Counted from the first letter of the stretch, positions 30,277-44,123 are shown. The stretch is 54,898 bases of DNA from Eledone cirrhosa (GCA_964016885.1 CAXHJY010000153.1:1-54898); one strand, 5' to 3'. Notes: generated by a model not told the origin, from the letters alone. Numbers and translations: made by a program.

Positions 30277-30503
30277 CAAGACTGAGAAATTAGAAAGATT
30301 GAAGGGACAGGTGGCGTGAAATTGAAAAAAATATTTTTAGAGAAAAATAACAGGTCCATTCATGTTGCCGTCTTTTAGAATGGAGCTGGCGGAGAAAAGA
30401 TTTGAGATTGGTTATGTTGAAGGTTGGTTGGGAGTGAAAAATAGACGGGTGAGAAGAATGTGGTTTAACAAATGTATAGTAGAGGAAAAGTGATAGAGAG
30501 TCG

Positions 30504-30836
30504 TGGTATAATGAAATAATTGTTTCTACTTTTGGCAAAGTTAAGATCGGCGGCATTTGAACTCAAAATGGAAAGGGCCGTAACTTTATTCTTCAAAGCA
30601 TGGCGTCTGACCCTCTACCGATACTGCCAATCCACCGCTCATGGTATAATGAAATAATTGTTTCTACTTTTGGCACAAGGCCAGCAATGACTCAGTGCAT
30701 TGCTGGTACTTTATTTTATCGACCCCCGTAAGGATGAAAGGCAAGGTAAACCTCGATCGGGATTTGAACTCAGACCGTAGAGGGACGTAAGTATGCTGGA
30801 AAGCATGGCGTCCGACTCTCTACCGATACTACCAAT
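30504..30836 (-). mobile_element. Two tandem SINEs with duplicated tggtataatgaaataattg
   Basis: Duplication at about 30504 and 30642. The first copy lacks the central body. Confidence 0.82.
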
Positions 30837-31204
30837 ATCAGTGATAGGAAAAGTTTTCCTGGTGGAAGTTCCGATAGACCCCGTGTGTCTATGTATGTCT
30901 CTGTGTCATTACATAATTTATTCACAATTATAAATACGACATTTATTTCTTGTCTACGTTAATAATTGAAGAGCCCTCATGCTATAAACTTCAGTTCATT
31001 GGGATTTCTGTTCTACTAACTTTCTACTTATTCAGTATTATGTCGTAACATTGTCGCCGTGTCATCTCTTATGTAACTATAACTAACGTTGTACAAAATC
31101 GTTGCGACCTTCATAAAATGGGAATTATTCACAAATACGCGTGTGTTCATTCATATGCTCCCGTACACACACATTGATGTACGTATGTACAAACACAAAC
31201 ACAC

Positions 31205-31237
<33 letters not shown>

Positions 31238-31241
31238 CATG

Positions 31242-31277
<36 letters not shown>

Positions 31278-31307
31278 CATGTATATATATATATATATAT
31301 ATACATG

Positions 31308-31343
<36 letters not shown>

Positions 31344-31371
31344 CATGTATATATATATATATATATACATG

Positions 31372-31422
<51 letters not shown>

Positions 31423-31424
<2 letters not shown>

Positions 31425-32012
31425 AAATATAAATATGTATACGTACATACATATATGTGTACAGACGTACAGTAGTATGTATATATATATATGTATGTAC
31501 GTATGGGTTTACCGAACATTTATTATAATGTTCGGTTTGTTTGTAAACAAACAGCCTGAATTACGCCGTACATTGCTCGGCAACCATCGTCGTATGTATA
31601 CATACTTATATTTAGGTATCAGCCGTACTAAGATTGAGAAATGAAATTTCATTTCATTCTTTTCCATTTATCGTTTTCGATATGCCCGGCCGACTAACTC
31701 ACTCGATATGCAAATTAGGCTGCTCAGCCGTTAATATGCATGAGGAAAGTATATACTTTCAAACGTTCAATCATCTGACAGAAAGGTATACGATGCTGAC
31801 GATAGCTAATAAGCTTGAAACTAGTACATTGTTCCTGTGTCAGTGTTGAACAAAAGGGCGACGATGGTTGCCGAGCACTGTACGGCGTAATTCGGGCTAT
31901 TTGTTTACAAACAAACCGAACATAATAATAAATTTTCGGTAAACCCATACGTACATATATATATATATGTGTGTGCATGTATGTATATATATACATACTA
32001 CTCTACGTCTGT
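31423..32012. mobile_element. Family E HHR unit: ~170-bp inverted segment plus one full ~420-bp unit on plus
   Basis: 31423-31592 is the reverse complement of about 31858-32012 plus the unit start. Sequence parallels 8120-8508. Confidence 0.83.
31790..31832 (+). ncRNA. Minimal type-I hammerhead ribozyme motif (family E)
   Basis: acgatg CTGACGA tagctaataagctt GAAA ctag TA cattgt. 6-bp stem I with one G-U pair. Confidence 0.84.
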
Positions 32013-32501
32013 ACACATATATGTATGTACCTATATATATATATATATATATATATAACATTATATATACTGTTTGTTGGTTTGCATGTATATACGCATA
32101 CACATTCAACATATATACATTAACACCACTCACACACACACACAGAACCACACCACACACACACACATTCATTTAGAAATTTACTGAAAAATCTATATTA
32201 AAAAAGTAAACCTAAATTTCATTTTAGTTAAACTTATCTGCAATCTCTGGTTTTCTGAGGAAATAATTACGTGTGATAATCAGTATGATTACTGCTTTAA
32301 TTACTTTTGAATCGTTGGGAATTGACTAAATATTCAATCATTATAGTGTTCTGCTTCTGCTTTCGTGTAAATACTTGCTTAATATTCTCACTTATGATAA
32401 AGTTTCGCTTAGAATCTAAACTATAATAAAGGACGGTTTGCGGTACTTGTACGGTTTTTTTTTTATCCCGTTAGTAAAATAAGTTGGATTAATTTGAATA
32501 A

Positions 32502-33722
32502 ATAATTGTTTCTACTATTGGCACAAGGCCAGAAAATTACCCAGTACATTACTGGTACTTTATTTTATCGACCCCGTAAGGATGAAAGGCAAAGTTAACC
32601 TCGGCGGGATGAATGAATATTACATAATTTATCTACTAAATTTCGTAAACAAAAATAATTTCGTAAAATTAAATAATTTAAAATTGACTTCTTTTCAAAG
32701 TGGCACTTCCGGTATATCTTTGCCACCACCACTTCAACTACCATATATATAGAAAGAGAGAGTGTGTGATGTCAAGATTTCCGGTGGCGATCACTTAAAT
32801 AAACATACTCATTTTAGGTCACTAATTTTCTTCTAATGCAGTTTATATATAATATCGTCTTTTTTTAATGCATCATGGATTAGGTTACTGATTACATAAG
32901 ACAGTGTAACAGCGTCTTCGTTCAATTTCTGTTTATATTGTCAATTTCTGTTTATATTGTCAATTATATTGTTTATATTGTCGATTTTATTTGATGTATC
33001 ATATATACATGTACATATACTTGCGTATAATATCAATATATACACTACACATGCTAGCAGAAAACCACCCGAAGGTTGGTTTTTCTGCTAGTTTCATTAA
33101 ATATTGGGGAAATTTTGAATATATATAGAGATGCTAGCATTATAATTATGCGTGTACACTAGATGCGCAGACGTGTCTGTGTTATTAAGGAGTTTGCTTT
33201 GCAATATCGGGGTTTCTTTATTCGGTTCCGCAACGTGGCAAATTTTCCTGTGTTTCCTATAATTGTTTCTACTTTTGGCACAAAGCCAGCAATTACCAGT
33301 GCATTACTGGTACTTTATTTTTTCGACCGCATAATGATGAAAGGCAAAGTTAACCTCGGCGAGATTTGAACTCAGAATGGCAAGGGCCGTAACACTATGC
33401 TGCAAAGCATGGTGTCCGACCTTCTACCGATACTGCCAATCCACCTCCCCTTATAATAGCCTCGAGTTGATCAATGTTTTGTGAGAGGAATTGTTTGGGC
33501 GGGAAAATGTAGCGTATTGGCAATATCTGTAGAACATCGGACAACATGCGTTGCGGCATATAGTTAGAAGCCTTTACATTTTCAAATTAAATCCCGCTGT
33601 GCTTAGTTTTGTTTTTCATTCTTACGGGGTAGATCAAATAATGTACCAGTAAAGCACTGAGATCGATTTAATGAACTTTCGACATCCTTTCTAATTGCTG
33701 GGTTTGTGCAGAAACAATTATT
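32502..33722. mobile_element. SINE copies at about 32502-32610 (-), 33260-33450 (-) and 33512-33722 (+)
   Basis: Same SINE body and tail motifs as the other copies. Confidence 0.75.
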
Positions 33723-34044
33723 TGGGCGGAAAGTGTGGAAGATCATTGTATGTTTGTCTGTGTGTCTGTCAGTCTTTTTGTCAGTATGTATGTATGTATA
33801 TATGTATGTTCGTATATATGTATGTTTGTATATATGTATGTTCTTCTGGTTTTATAATTTCACAAATTTCCAGTAGAGCGAGAGTCGGTTTCTAACAAAG
33901 ACACAAGTCTGTCTCATTGGATTTTACACAACATCAACTAGGTAGATATGTATGTATGTATGCATGCATGTGTAGACATGGATGTTATTGTATGTGTGGA
34001 TGTGGATGTTTTGAGTTGTATGTGTGCATGTGTATATGCAGTTA

Positions 34045-34822
34045 TTAGATGCAACATTTTTGAAATCTTTTACATATTTTTACTGTTCCATTAATGGATT
34101 GTACTTGTAATTTCCTAACTAGTTGTGTTCTTTCTGTTCCTGTGAAGCTTAGCTTCTCAAGATTTGTATTGAAGCAGTTACTAACGTACCCCAGTGCCCC
34201 AATAATCACAGGCATAAATCTGAAGGTGTAATCAGGGTGGAGTAGCAGCAGATTCCTCATCAGTTCTGCATAAATATTCTCCTTTTCGCTAATCTTTGAT
34301 ATTATATTGGCATCTGCTGGGCAGCTAATTTCTACTACTGTGCATGCTTTCTTCTCCCTGTCCCATATAATAATATCTGGTCGGTTATGACTGAATTTTA
34401 TTGGGGATTTTAAGGAACATTCCACCAGTACTCTTTCATATTATGTACATGGATGTCTTCCACATTGTTGTAGCTTTTAATGTGTTTATTATCGGTTTTT
34501 TTTTACGGATTGCATTGTATAGTGTTTTGGCCACAACATGATGCCTCATAGCTAGATAGTACTGCGATGACATCTTTGGACAGCTGCTGCTGAAATGGGT
34601 GATACCTTCGATGTTAGTTCTGCAGAGTCTGCACTTGTTATCACATCTAGGTGTTTTGACTGCATCCCTATCTCTTTTGTGAATCAGGTATTTCGTGTTA
34701 ATTTCCTGTTCTTGGATTGCAAAAGCGTATCCTTCAAAGTGGGAGCCAATATAGTGGTTGTTGGTCCAAGATAGACTACTATCCTTATCTATATTACTCT
34801 CACTCTGGAGCTTCTCAGCAAC
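34045..34822 (-). pseudogene. R4/Dong-like non-LTR retrotransposon C-terminus (CCHC zinc knuckle plus restriction-like endonuclease)
   Basis: Manual translation: EGYAFAIQEQEINTKY..KCRLC..ITHFSSSCPKM..RHHVVAK, then a frameshift, then HNRPDIIIWD..VVEISCP..EKENIY..PVIIGALG. Flanked by (TATG)n-like repeats. Confidence 0.85.
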
Positions 34823-34919
34823 ATGTATTTATGTAGTCATATATGTATGTACATATGTATGTATGTAGTTATGTATGTATATTTATATATGGATGGATGT
34901 ATGGATGTATGTATGTATT

Positions 34920-35645
34920 GCTTGGTGAGAATGGTTATTTTGGACAAGCTCCGTTGAGAAAAACAAGACCCCTGAAACGGCCGAGGATCTCGGGAGTATC
35001 AATGGCCGTCGAATAAAGTTTTTTCTTGTCCTGGTGGTGGTGGTGGGGGAATAAGACTCCTAGTCTTCTTTAAGACATCTCTCTAGGGCAATGTTACTCT
35101 CATATAGAACCTGCGACTTCGTTTGCATCCAATGATGTAGACCAGTTCTTCTTTTTGGGTATATGCATTCAATGTTTAGAGTGAGATTGTCCCCATGCAA
35201 AGCCTTTTATTCCCTTAAAGAAGCTTCAAACACAGGGATCGCTTGATATGTGACATTCTCTCTGATGCATGGGAATTGCTGGTCATAGAGAAGTCCCTGG
35301 AGGAACCAAAAAGCTAGGTCTATGATATTCATACTTAAATATCAAGCGATGACTTTACACGAAATCGATTTGCAGCCCTCTTCATCATGTATGTATGTAT
35401 AAATGTGTGTATGCACGTACGTATGTATGGACCCCTAGCCTTTGTCAGAGCATTGTTCTAGGAGAAGGCAACTCAGGAAAATGAGATAACTCCGATATAA
35501 AACCTTCAGCTCAGTAATTACCAATGATGTTGATCTTTTCTTCTTTTCGGGTTAAAGCTACTGTCGCTCAAAGAGTGGGATTGGCTCAGTGCACAGTTTT
35601 CCTCACTTTAAAAAATATCTTTACGCAGGCATTGCACGATAGCGT
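34920..35645 (+). mobile_element. Two diverged pieces of the bipartite RTE derivative (about 34920-35390 and 35430-35645)
   Basis: gacccctagcctttgtcagagcattgttctaggagaaggcaactc and ccaatgatgt..ttcttcttt match the reverse complement of 45490-45600. Confidence 0.7.
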
Positions 35646-36289
35646 TACGTGGGTTGATAAAAATAATGTTTCAGTAAGGCACTGGGTCGATTTTATCGAT
35701 CTACCCTTCTCCCAAATTGTTGGCCTTGTGCCTAAAGCAGAAACTATTATTAGTAAAAAATAATAGTAATAATGATAATGGTAATAAAATGATGGAAGTG
35801 ATGAGGAAGTAAAATGTGAAAGAACATTGAAATGAGAGAGAAAGGGTACGATGTGGAGAGGATGAATGATAGGGGTTGGGGGCAGAATGAAACCATAACT
35901 AATAATGAAAAATGAAACAATTCTCATAATATTGAAAATAATTGAATATAAATCGATAATTTAGAAGCATCTTCGATAAGGCTGGCCAGGCTTTCATTTC
36001 CTTTCATGTAAATCGTCGGTGTATTTCAGAACTGTAATAAATTTTCTTGTCTTTGTACGTAATCTATGTCTTTCTGTAAAGGTTTGATCGAATTAAAAAT
36101 CGATATTACGCAGACTAAATGATCAGATGCTGGACAAAATTAAAATAGTGTAATTTCTCATAACTTCCTCAGATTACCTTATGGATTCTCACCGAATTAT
36201 ATTTGCCTTTCAAACTTTCAGGGGTCGTTAAACTATAATCAGTACTAGATACAGGGCTGCACGTATTCCTACCGCTAGGTAAGTTAGCT

Positions 36290-38040
36290 AAATTTCCTAG
36301 CTGTCGGAACACGTGCAACCCTGTTGCACGTGTTCCTGCGGCTAGTACTAACTTTAATTGTAGGAATGGGGTTGACTTCCACCTATCCGGTAAATGTCTC
36401 TCTAGTAACTGTCTACAAATGCAAGGTTGAAACACCCACGTCCCGTAGGGCCTACATAGTTTTAACCGCCAGTAGATTCAAGCAGCGTCTTTATATGCAC
36501 ACCCATTCTTTTCTTAATCCTTTAAGAAGGAATATTACGACACTTTCAGCTTATATCTGCAGTCTAAAAGACAACCACACCCAATATAGGTTACACTGGG
36601 ATATCCTAGCTGAGGCTAGATCGTATAACGGAAATAAAAGACCATGTGACCTCTGCGCCGCTGAAGCCATGGAAATACTCTACGCCAATGACCACATCCT
36701 AAACAAAAAAATCTGAGGCAATTTCGGTTTGTAAACATAAATTGCACAAATCTTTCCTGTACTACAGCACCACTTTATACCCTAACGGATAGTACGAATT
36801 ATACGCGGATAATTTACGTTTGATGTGGTAGCTAAGTATATTTTATGTTTACGAGTATATCATTACTTATTTGTATAGGTAAGTATATATTACCTGTATA
36901 TTTTGTGAAGGTACGTATATTTGCTTGTATTTGTTATAGGTGTATATATTATATTATATATACTGGGCGCTGGATTAGCAGTATCGGTCGAGAGTTGGAC
37001 GCCATGCTTTGCAGCAAAGAGTTACGGCGCTTTATAGTCTGAGTTCAAATCCCACCGAGGTTAACTTTGCCTTTCATCCTTACGAGGTCGATAAAATAAA
37101 GTACCAGTAATATACTGGTATAATTGCTGGCCTTGTGCCAAAAGTAGAAACAATTATATTATATATACTGGTACATGTGTATATGGCTATGTGTATACAT
37201 GAGTTTATGCGGGTTTGGACGTATGTAGGGTGTGTGTATATGTGTACTTTGTGTTTTGGTTGACGTTCGCTTTGCGAACATATGTGTATTTACACGTGGT
37301 TATGTGTGTGCGCGCGTTATATACGTATTTTTGTCTGTATATTTATATACGTTTATATAATTATATGTATACACGCACACACAGACATATATATATATAT
37401 TTATATATGTTTTTATGTGTATTTGGTGTATACATTCGTATGTGTGTGGGTACAGGCGTTGCGTGGGTTTTTGTATGTGCGCGCGTGTTTTTGTGTACGT
37501 GCTTGTATTTGCATACCCATGGCGGGTGTTTTCGCATATGCATGTGTATGTATGTATATGAATGCGTGCATGTATATATTTAATTATTGTTGCTTTCAAT
37601 AACCTCTGTAATTTATTTACATTCTTAACTCTGAAGCCGAGAAACATTCGGTTTCCTAAATACAATATTAGTCTACTACTTCATTTATACCATAAACGTG
37701 GTTTTGTCTTTGCGTGTAATTGTTCACCCACTCCACATAATGACGTATTATCTTCGTTGTTTCCCTTTCTTTGCCAGGGAACGTCTCCACGAACCAAAGC
37801 ATCGTCTTCCTGTCTTCCTACGGTTGCAACGTTTTTCGAAATATTTACTTCTGCGTTCACAGATTGATTATTTTAGTTTCAGAAGATCCCGTTAAGGGTG
37901 AAAGCAGAGACTCTTTGCTTAACTTTAATCTGTTATTTTATTAAATATTTGCTCTACGGTTCTTATAAATATGATATATCTTTATCCTTATCAAGCCCTC
38001 TTTGCGATTTTAGTCTTTCTTCAAAGGTATTATTATTACT
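36290..38040 (+). mobile_element. Penelope-like element family A (frameshifted GIY-YIG plus 3' region, interrupted by a SINE)
   Basis: NFNCRNG..LSGKCL / VYKCKV..AYIVLTASRFKQRLYMH..SF..TTLSAYI..WDIL..CDLCAAE..LNKK, colinear with ORF 40924..41556. Confidence 0.82.
36965..37156 (+). mobile_element. Full-length tRNA-derived SINE inserted into PLE-A with a 19-bp TSD
   Basis: attatattatatatactgg at 36948-36966 and 37153-37171. PLE-A paralogs at about 5200-5220 and 13350-13375 show the empty site. Confidence 0.92.
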
Positions 38041-38047
38041 ATATATG

Positions 38048-38130
<83 letters not shown>

Positions 38131-38134
<4 letters not shown>

Positions 38135-38890
38135 AAAAAGAGATGAAATCGAAAATGCAACAAGAGTCTTATTTTTTTTTAAATATATATATTTATTTGG
38201 TTCCTTTACCGGTTTCGCAGTTCTTCTGTTTCTCAAAAGGTGAGTTGAGATGGAGGGTCTGTGGTTTTTGTCACATCTGGTTGGTCTCTGAATGTTACTT
38301 GTTTTATATGGAAAAAGTGGCTCGAAATGCCAGGTTTTTCGAGAAGTAATTTGATTGGTTTGTCAATAATTATAATAAATTTCGCGCCAGTTCGCGTTAC
38401 AATAGTTCTTCAAATAAGAGTGGGGGGTTGTCACAGGTTGTTTTTTTATATATGAGTGTTTGAATTTCTTTTTACTTGAAAAAAGGGGCTCACGAAGCCT
38501 TTGTGAGCCCCTTTTTTCAAGTAAAAAGAAATTCAAACACTCATATATGAAAAAACAACCTGTGACAACTTATTTGAAGAACTATTGTAACGCGAACTGG
38601 TGCGAAATTTATTATAATTATTGACAAACCAATCAAATTACTTCTCGAAAAACCTGGCATTTCGAGCCATTTTTTCCATATAACACAAGTAACATTCAAA
38701 GACCAATCAGATGTGAGAAAAACCACAGACCCTCCATCTCAGCTCACCATTTGAAAAGCAGAAGAACTACGAAACCGGTAAAGGAACCAAATAAATATAT
38801 ATATTTAAAAAAAAAATAAGACTCCAGTTGCATTTTCGATTTCATCTCTTTTTCTTTATACTTTCATTTTGTAAAAAAAACCTCACTTTC
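38131..38890. mobile_element. Inverted pair of an ORF-less HHR-bearing element (family D); further pieces at about 42830-42975 (-) and 44790-44998 (+)
   Basis: 38131-38492 is the reverse complement of 38503-38858. The same terminal sequence occurs at the other two loci. Confidence 0.85.
38203..38240 (-). ncRNA. Hammerhead motif with U3-A8 core variant (family D); mirror copy at 38747-38784 (+)
   Basis: Reverse complement: cctt TTGAGAA acag-aagaa-ctgc GAAA ccgg TA aagg. Confidence 0.68.
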
Positions 38891-39001
38891 TAATATATAT
38901 ATATATATACAAATAGTAATAATAATAAAATTGAAGAGTAAAATCCAAAGAGGGCTCGATAAGGATAAATATATATCAAATATATAAGAATCATAGAGCA
39001 A

Positions 39002-39106
39002 ATATTTATTAAAATAACAGATTAAGCGTTAATCGCTGCTTTCACCCGTTAAGAGTGAAAGCAGCGATTCTTTGCTTAAAATTTAATCTGTTATTTTAAT
39101 AAATAT
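39002..39106. repeat. Fold-back palindrome of the PLE-A 3' end
   Basis: aatcgctgctttcac / gtgaaagcagcgatt around ccgttaaga, with outer arms 39002-39025 and 39083-39106. Confidence 0.88.
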
Positions 39107-39142
39107 GTATACATATATATATATATATATATATACATACAT

Positions 39143-39208
<66 letters not shown>

Positions 39209-39382
39209 CATATATATATATATATACATATATATATACATATATATATACATACATATATATACATATATATATACATACATATATATACATATACATA
39301 TATATACATATAGATATATATAAATATACATATATATATACATATATATACATATACATATACATATATATACATATACATA

Positions 39383-39432
<50 letters not shown>

Positions 39433-39501
39433 CATATATATATACATATATATATACATATATATATATACATATATATATACATATATATATACATATA
39501 G

Positions 39502-39547
<46 letters not shown>

Positions 39548-39767
39548 ATACATATATATATACATATACATATATATACACATATATATATACATATATA
39601 TATATACATATACATATATATATACATATATATATACATATACATATACATATATATATATACATATACATATATATACATATATATATACATATACATA
39701 TACATATATATATATACATATACATATACATATATATATATACATATATATATACATATACATATAT

Positions 39768-39808
<41 letters not shown>

Positions 39809-39941
39809 TATATACATATATACATATATATATACATACATATATATATATACATATATACATATACATATATATATATACATATATATATACATACATA
39901 TATATATACATATATTCATATATATATACGTATATATATTT

Positions 39942-40025
<84 letters not shown>

Positions 40026-40046
40026 TATGTATATACATATATATAC

Positions 40047-40077
<31 letters not shown>

Positions 40078-40100
40078 CATATATACATATATATATATAC

Positions 40101-40131
<31 letters not shown>

Positions 40132-40414
40132 CATATATATATACATATATATATATATCTATACATATATATATATATATCTATACATATATATATATAT
40201 ATATATCTATACATATATATACATATATATGTATACATATATATATATATACATATATATACATATACATATATATATACATATATATATATATATACAT
40301 ATATATACATATACATATCTATACATATATATACATATATATATATACATAGATATATATATATACATATATACATATATATACATATATATATATATAT
40401 ATACATATATATAC

Positions 40415-40463
<49 letters not shown>

Positions 40464-40800
40464 TATACATATATATATATACATATATATATATACATAT
40501 ATATACATACATATATATACATATATATATATATACATATATATACATATGTATATATATATACATATATATACATATATATACATATATATATAGATAT
40601 ATATACATATATATATACATATATATATATATATACATATATATACATATATATATACATATATACATACATATATATATATACATATATATACATATAT
40701 ATATCCATATTTATACATATATATCCATATTTATACATATATATATACATATATATACATATACATATATATATATTCATATACATATACATATATATAT
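39107..40800. repeat. Interrupted (TA)n/(TACA) array
   Basis: Directly visible. Similar arrays lie at about 41903-42829, 42975-43690 and 44035-44790. Confidence 0.97.
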
Positions 40801-40923
40801 AGTATTTACGTATCGAGAAAGAGAGAAAAAAAAAAGGAGGGATAGGTGATACATATAGTTATTTGCCAAGTAGCGTATGCCAAAGGTGCTCGATATTAGT
40901 GCCGGCAGTATTAAATATTCGAA

Positions 40924-41556
40924 GTGTTAATATTTAGGGTTGGCAACGGCATCCGCAGACGCAACCAGAATGACCGCGAAGTGACTGGGGAGCATGCAAA
41001 ACATGGCGTGCGGAATAACAATCGCACCATCCCGCGTGCTAACGACAGCTGCGGTAACGCAGCTAGCAACGTAGGCAGCAACAATGATAGCCTTATCGTG
41101 GGAAATAGACGGAACAGCGACAGAAATTGCAACTGCCGCGACAGAGGACGGTGCCCCCTTAGAGGATACTGCTTGACCGATAGGGTTATATATAGATGCA
41201 CTATTACTAGCCACAATAGCGTTAAACATTATATAGGGGCCACCTCCGGCCCGTTCAAAATTAGGTTTCGAACACATCTCCACTCTTTCACAAATAGAAA
41301 ACTAAGGCACTCCACCTCGCTCGCGGACTACATCACATCACTAAAGGACTTAAACATTAGATTCTCCACGCACTGGGAGATTGTCGACAGGGCTGCACCG
41401 TACAACTTCAAGAGGAAATGCGATCTTTGCCTCATGGAGCTCTACCACATCATAACTGCACCCCACGAGCTCATCAACAGCAGAGCTGAAACAGCGATAA
41501 GTTGTACACATCGCTTAAAAATATGCTTCTTTAGATGGGTTAAGAATGAAGAGTGA
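40924..41556 (+). CDS. PLE (family C) linker plus Cys-rich GIY-YIG endonuclease, 5'-truncated (element about 40800-41903)
   Basis: CNCRDRGRCPLRGYCL..VIYRCTI..HYIGATSGPFKIRFRTH..STSLADYI..WEIV..KCDLCLME..LINSRAE..CTHR. Uninterrupted, with no RT domain. Confidence 0.87.
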   Translation: MLIFRVGNGIRRRNQNDREVTGEHAKHGVRNNNRTIPRANDSCGNAASNVGSNNDSLIVGNRRNSDRNCNCRDRGRCPLRGYCLTDRVIYRCTITSHNSVKHYIGATSGPFKIRFRTHLHSFTNRKLRHSTSLADYITSLKDLNIRFSTHWEIVDRAAPYNFKRKCDLCLMELYHIITAPHELINSRAETAISCTHRLKICFFRWVKNEE

Positions 41557-41806
41557 AATAGCACACTGGATCTCCCTGCAACAAGTCTTAACACCCCGGC
41601 GGGCAGGCGCAGCAAAACAACACCCAGAAAACAATCCCTGCATACCAAAAATTATCCGGGAAAGACTGCCCTAACACCGGCCAAAGTTACCTCCCTTGAC
41701 CTGCTGCAAAATCAAAACAAGATATTTTTGCGAGCAATAAATCTTGATGTGGATTTAACCCCCAAAACTCTTTCCGAACTATATAAGGTACACTTGTGAT
41801 TGTTTA

Positions 41807-41848
41807 TGCCCTTGAGAAGCCCAACTGGGCGAAACGTACGTAGGTGAT
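41807..41848 (+). ncRNA. Hammerhead motif with U3-A8 core downstream of the PLE-C ORF
   Basis: gccc TTGAGAA gccc-aact-gggc GAAA cgtacg TA ggtg. Palindromic stem III, short stem I. Confidence 0.68.
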
Positions 41849-42679
41849 ATTTTAAATAAACATGTTTTAACAGTCTATTCTCCGATTTTTCACTTTCCCA
41901 CGTACATATATATATACATATATATATATATATACATATATATACATATATATACATATATATACATATATATACATATATATATACACATAGATATATA
42001 TATATACATATATACATATATATACATATATATATATATACATATATATACATATATATACATATATATATATATACATATATATACATATATATACATA
42101 TATATATATACATATATATACATATATATACATATATATATATACATATATATACATATATATATATACATATATATACATATATATATATATACATATA
42201 TATACATATATATACACATATATATATAGATATATATACATATATATATACATATATATATATATACATATATATACATATATATATACACATATATATA
42301 TACATATATATATATACATACATATACATATATATATCTATATTTATAAATATATATATCCATATTTATACATATATACATACATATATATACATATATA
42401 TACATATATATATATACATATATATACATATATATATATATATATACATATATATACATATACATATATATATATACATATATATATATATACATATATA
42501 TACATATATATACATATATATATATACATATATATACATATATATACATATATATACATATATATACATATATATATATATACATATATATATATACACA
42601 TATATATATACACACATATATATATATATATACATATATATACATATATATACATATATATATATACATATATATATAC

Positions 42680-42725
<46 letters not shown>

Positions 42726-42775
42726 GTACATATATACATGTATATATACATATATATATATATATACATATATAC

Positions 42776-42832
<57 letters not shown>

Positions 42833-42984
42833 GTAAAAGAGATGAAATCGAAAATGCAGCTGAAGTCTTATTTTTTTTTTAAATATATATATTTGTTTGG
42901 TTCCTTTACCGGTTTCGCAGTTCTTCTGCTTTTTAAAAGGTGAGTTGAGTCGGAGGGTCTGTGGTTTTTCTCATATGTATATAC

Positions 42985-43029
<45 letters not shown>

Positions 43030-43254
43030 TATACATATATATATATATATATACATATATATACATATATATATATACATATATATACATATATATATAT
43101 ATACATATTTATACATATATATATATATATACATATATATACATATATATATATATATATACATATATATACATATACATATATATACATATATATATAT
43201 ATATACATATATATATAGATATATATATACATATATATATATACATATATATAC

Positions 43255-43286
<32 letters not shown>

Positions 43287-43694
43287 ATACATATATATAT
43301 ACATATAAATACATATATATACATATATATATACATATATATATAGATATATATACATATATATAAATACATATATATATAGATATATATACATATATAT
43401 ATAAATACATATATATACATAAATATATATATACATATATATATATACATATATATACATATATATACATATATATATACATATATATACATATATATAT
43501 ACATATATATACATATATATATACATATATATATACATATATATATACATATATATATACATATATATATATATACATATATATACATATATATATACAT
43601 ATATATATACATATATATTTTATACATATATATACATATATATATACATATTTATACATATATACAGACATATATATATACATATATAAACATG

Positions 43695-44034
43695 TGAAGA
43701 TAGACATAGAATATTCGAAAATATTCTGTATGTTTATAATAAACATTTTGAAGACCTAATCGCTATAGAATAGAATACGTCACGTATTACAATTAGATTC
43801 TCGATAAAAGCAAGGGAAGTAACCTACGCGTTTCATTCTTATTAGAAATCTTCAGGATTACATATCCAGTGCTTTTATCGAGAATGACACAGCTAGAGAC
43901 TTATAGAATACTTAGCTGTGTACAGGAACTGGTTTGAAAGAGCGGTTGCCGGTCCGGCAGAAATTAGAAATTGGATTAAATGCTCTGAAATAGCGATATA
44001 TATTTGAAGATAGACATAGAATATTCGAAAATAT
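43695..44034 (-). mobile_element. ORF-less 310-bp unit with 30-bp terminal redundancy and one HHR (family F)
   Basis: tgaagatagacatagaatattcgaaaatat at 43695 and 44005, embedded in TA arrays. Confidence 0.78.
43797..43885 (-). ncRNA. Type-I hammerhead ribozyme with extended stem I
   Basis: Reverse complement of the core (43819-43861): gtaatc CTGAAGA t-ttct-aata-agaa-t GAAA cgcg TA ggttac. It is enclosed by a perfect 16-bp helix 43797-43812/43870-43885. Confidence 0.86.
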
Positions 44035-44089
44035 ATATATATAAACATATATATATATACATATATATATACATATATATACATATATA

Positions 44090-44123
<34 letters not shown>

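Noticed and set aside
38476-38520. ttgaaaaaaggggctcacgaagcc at the palindrome centre as an HHR 5' half
   Set aside because: It is antisense to the family D HHR and has an extra A-run, so it is not counted as evidence for the helix II fold-back pattern.
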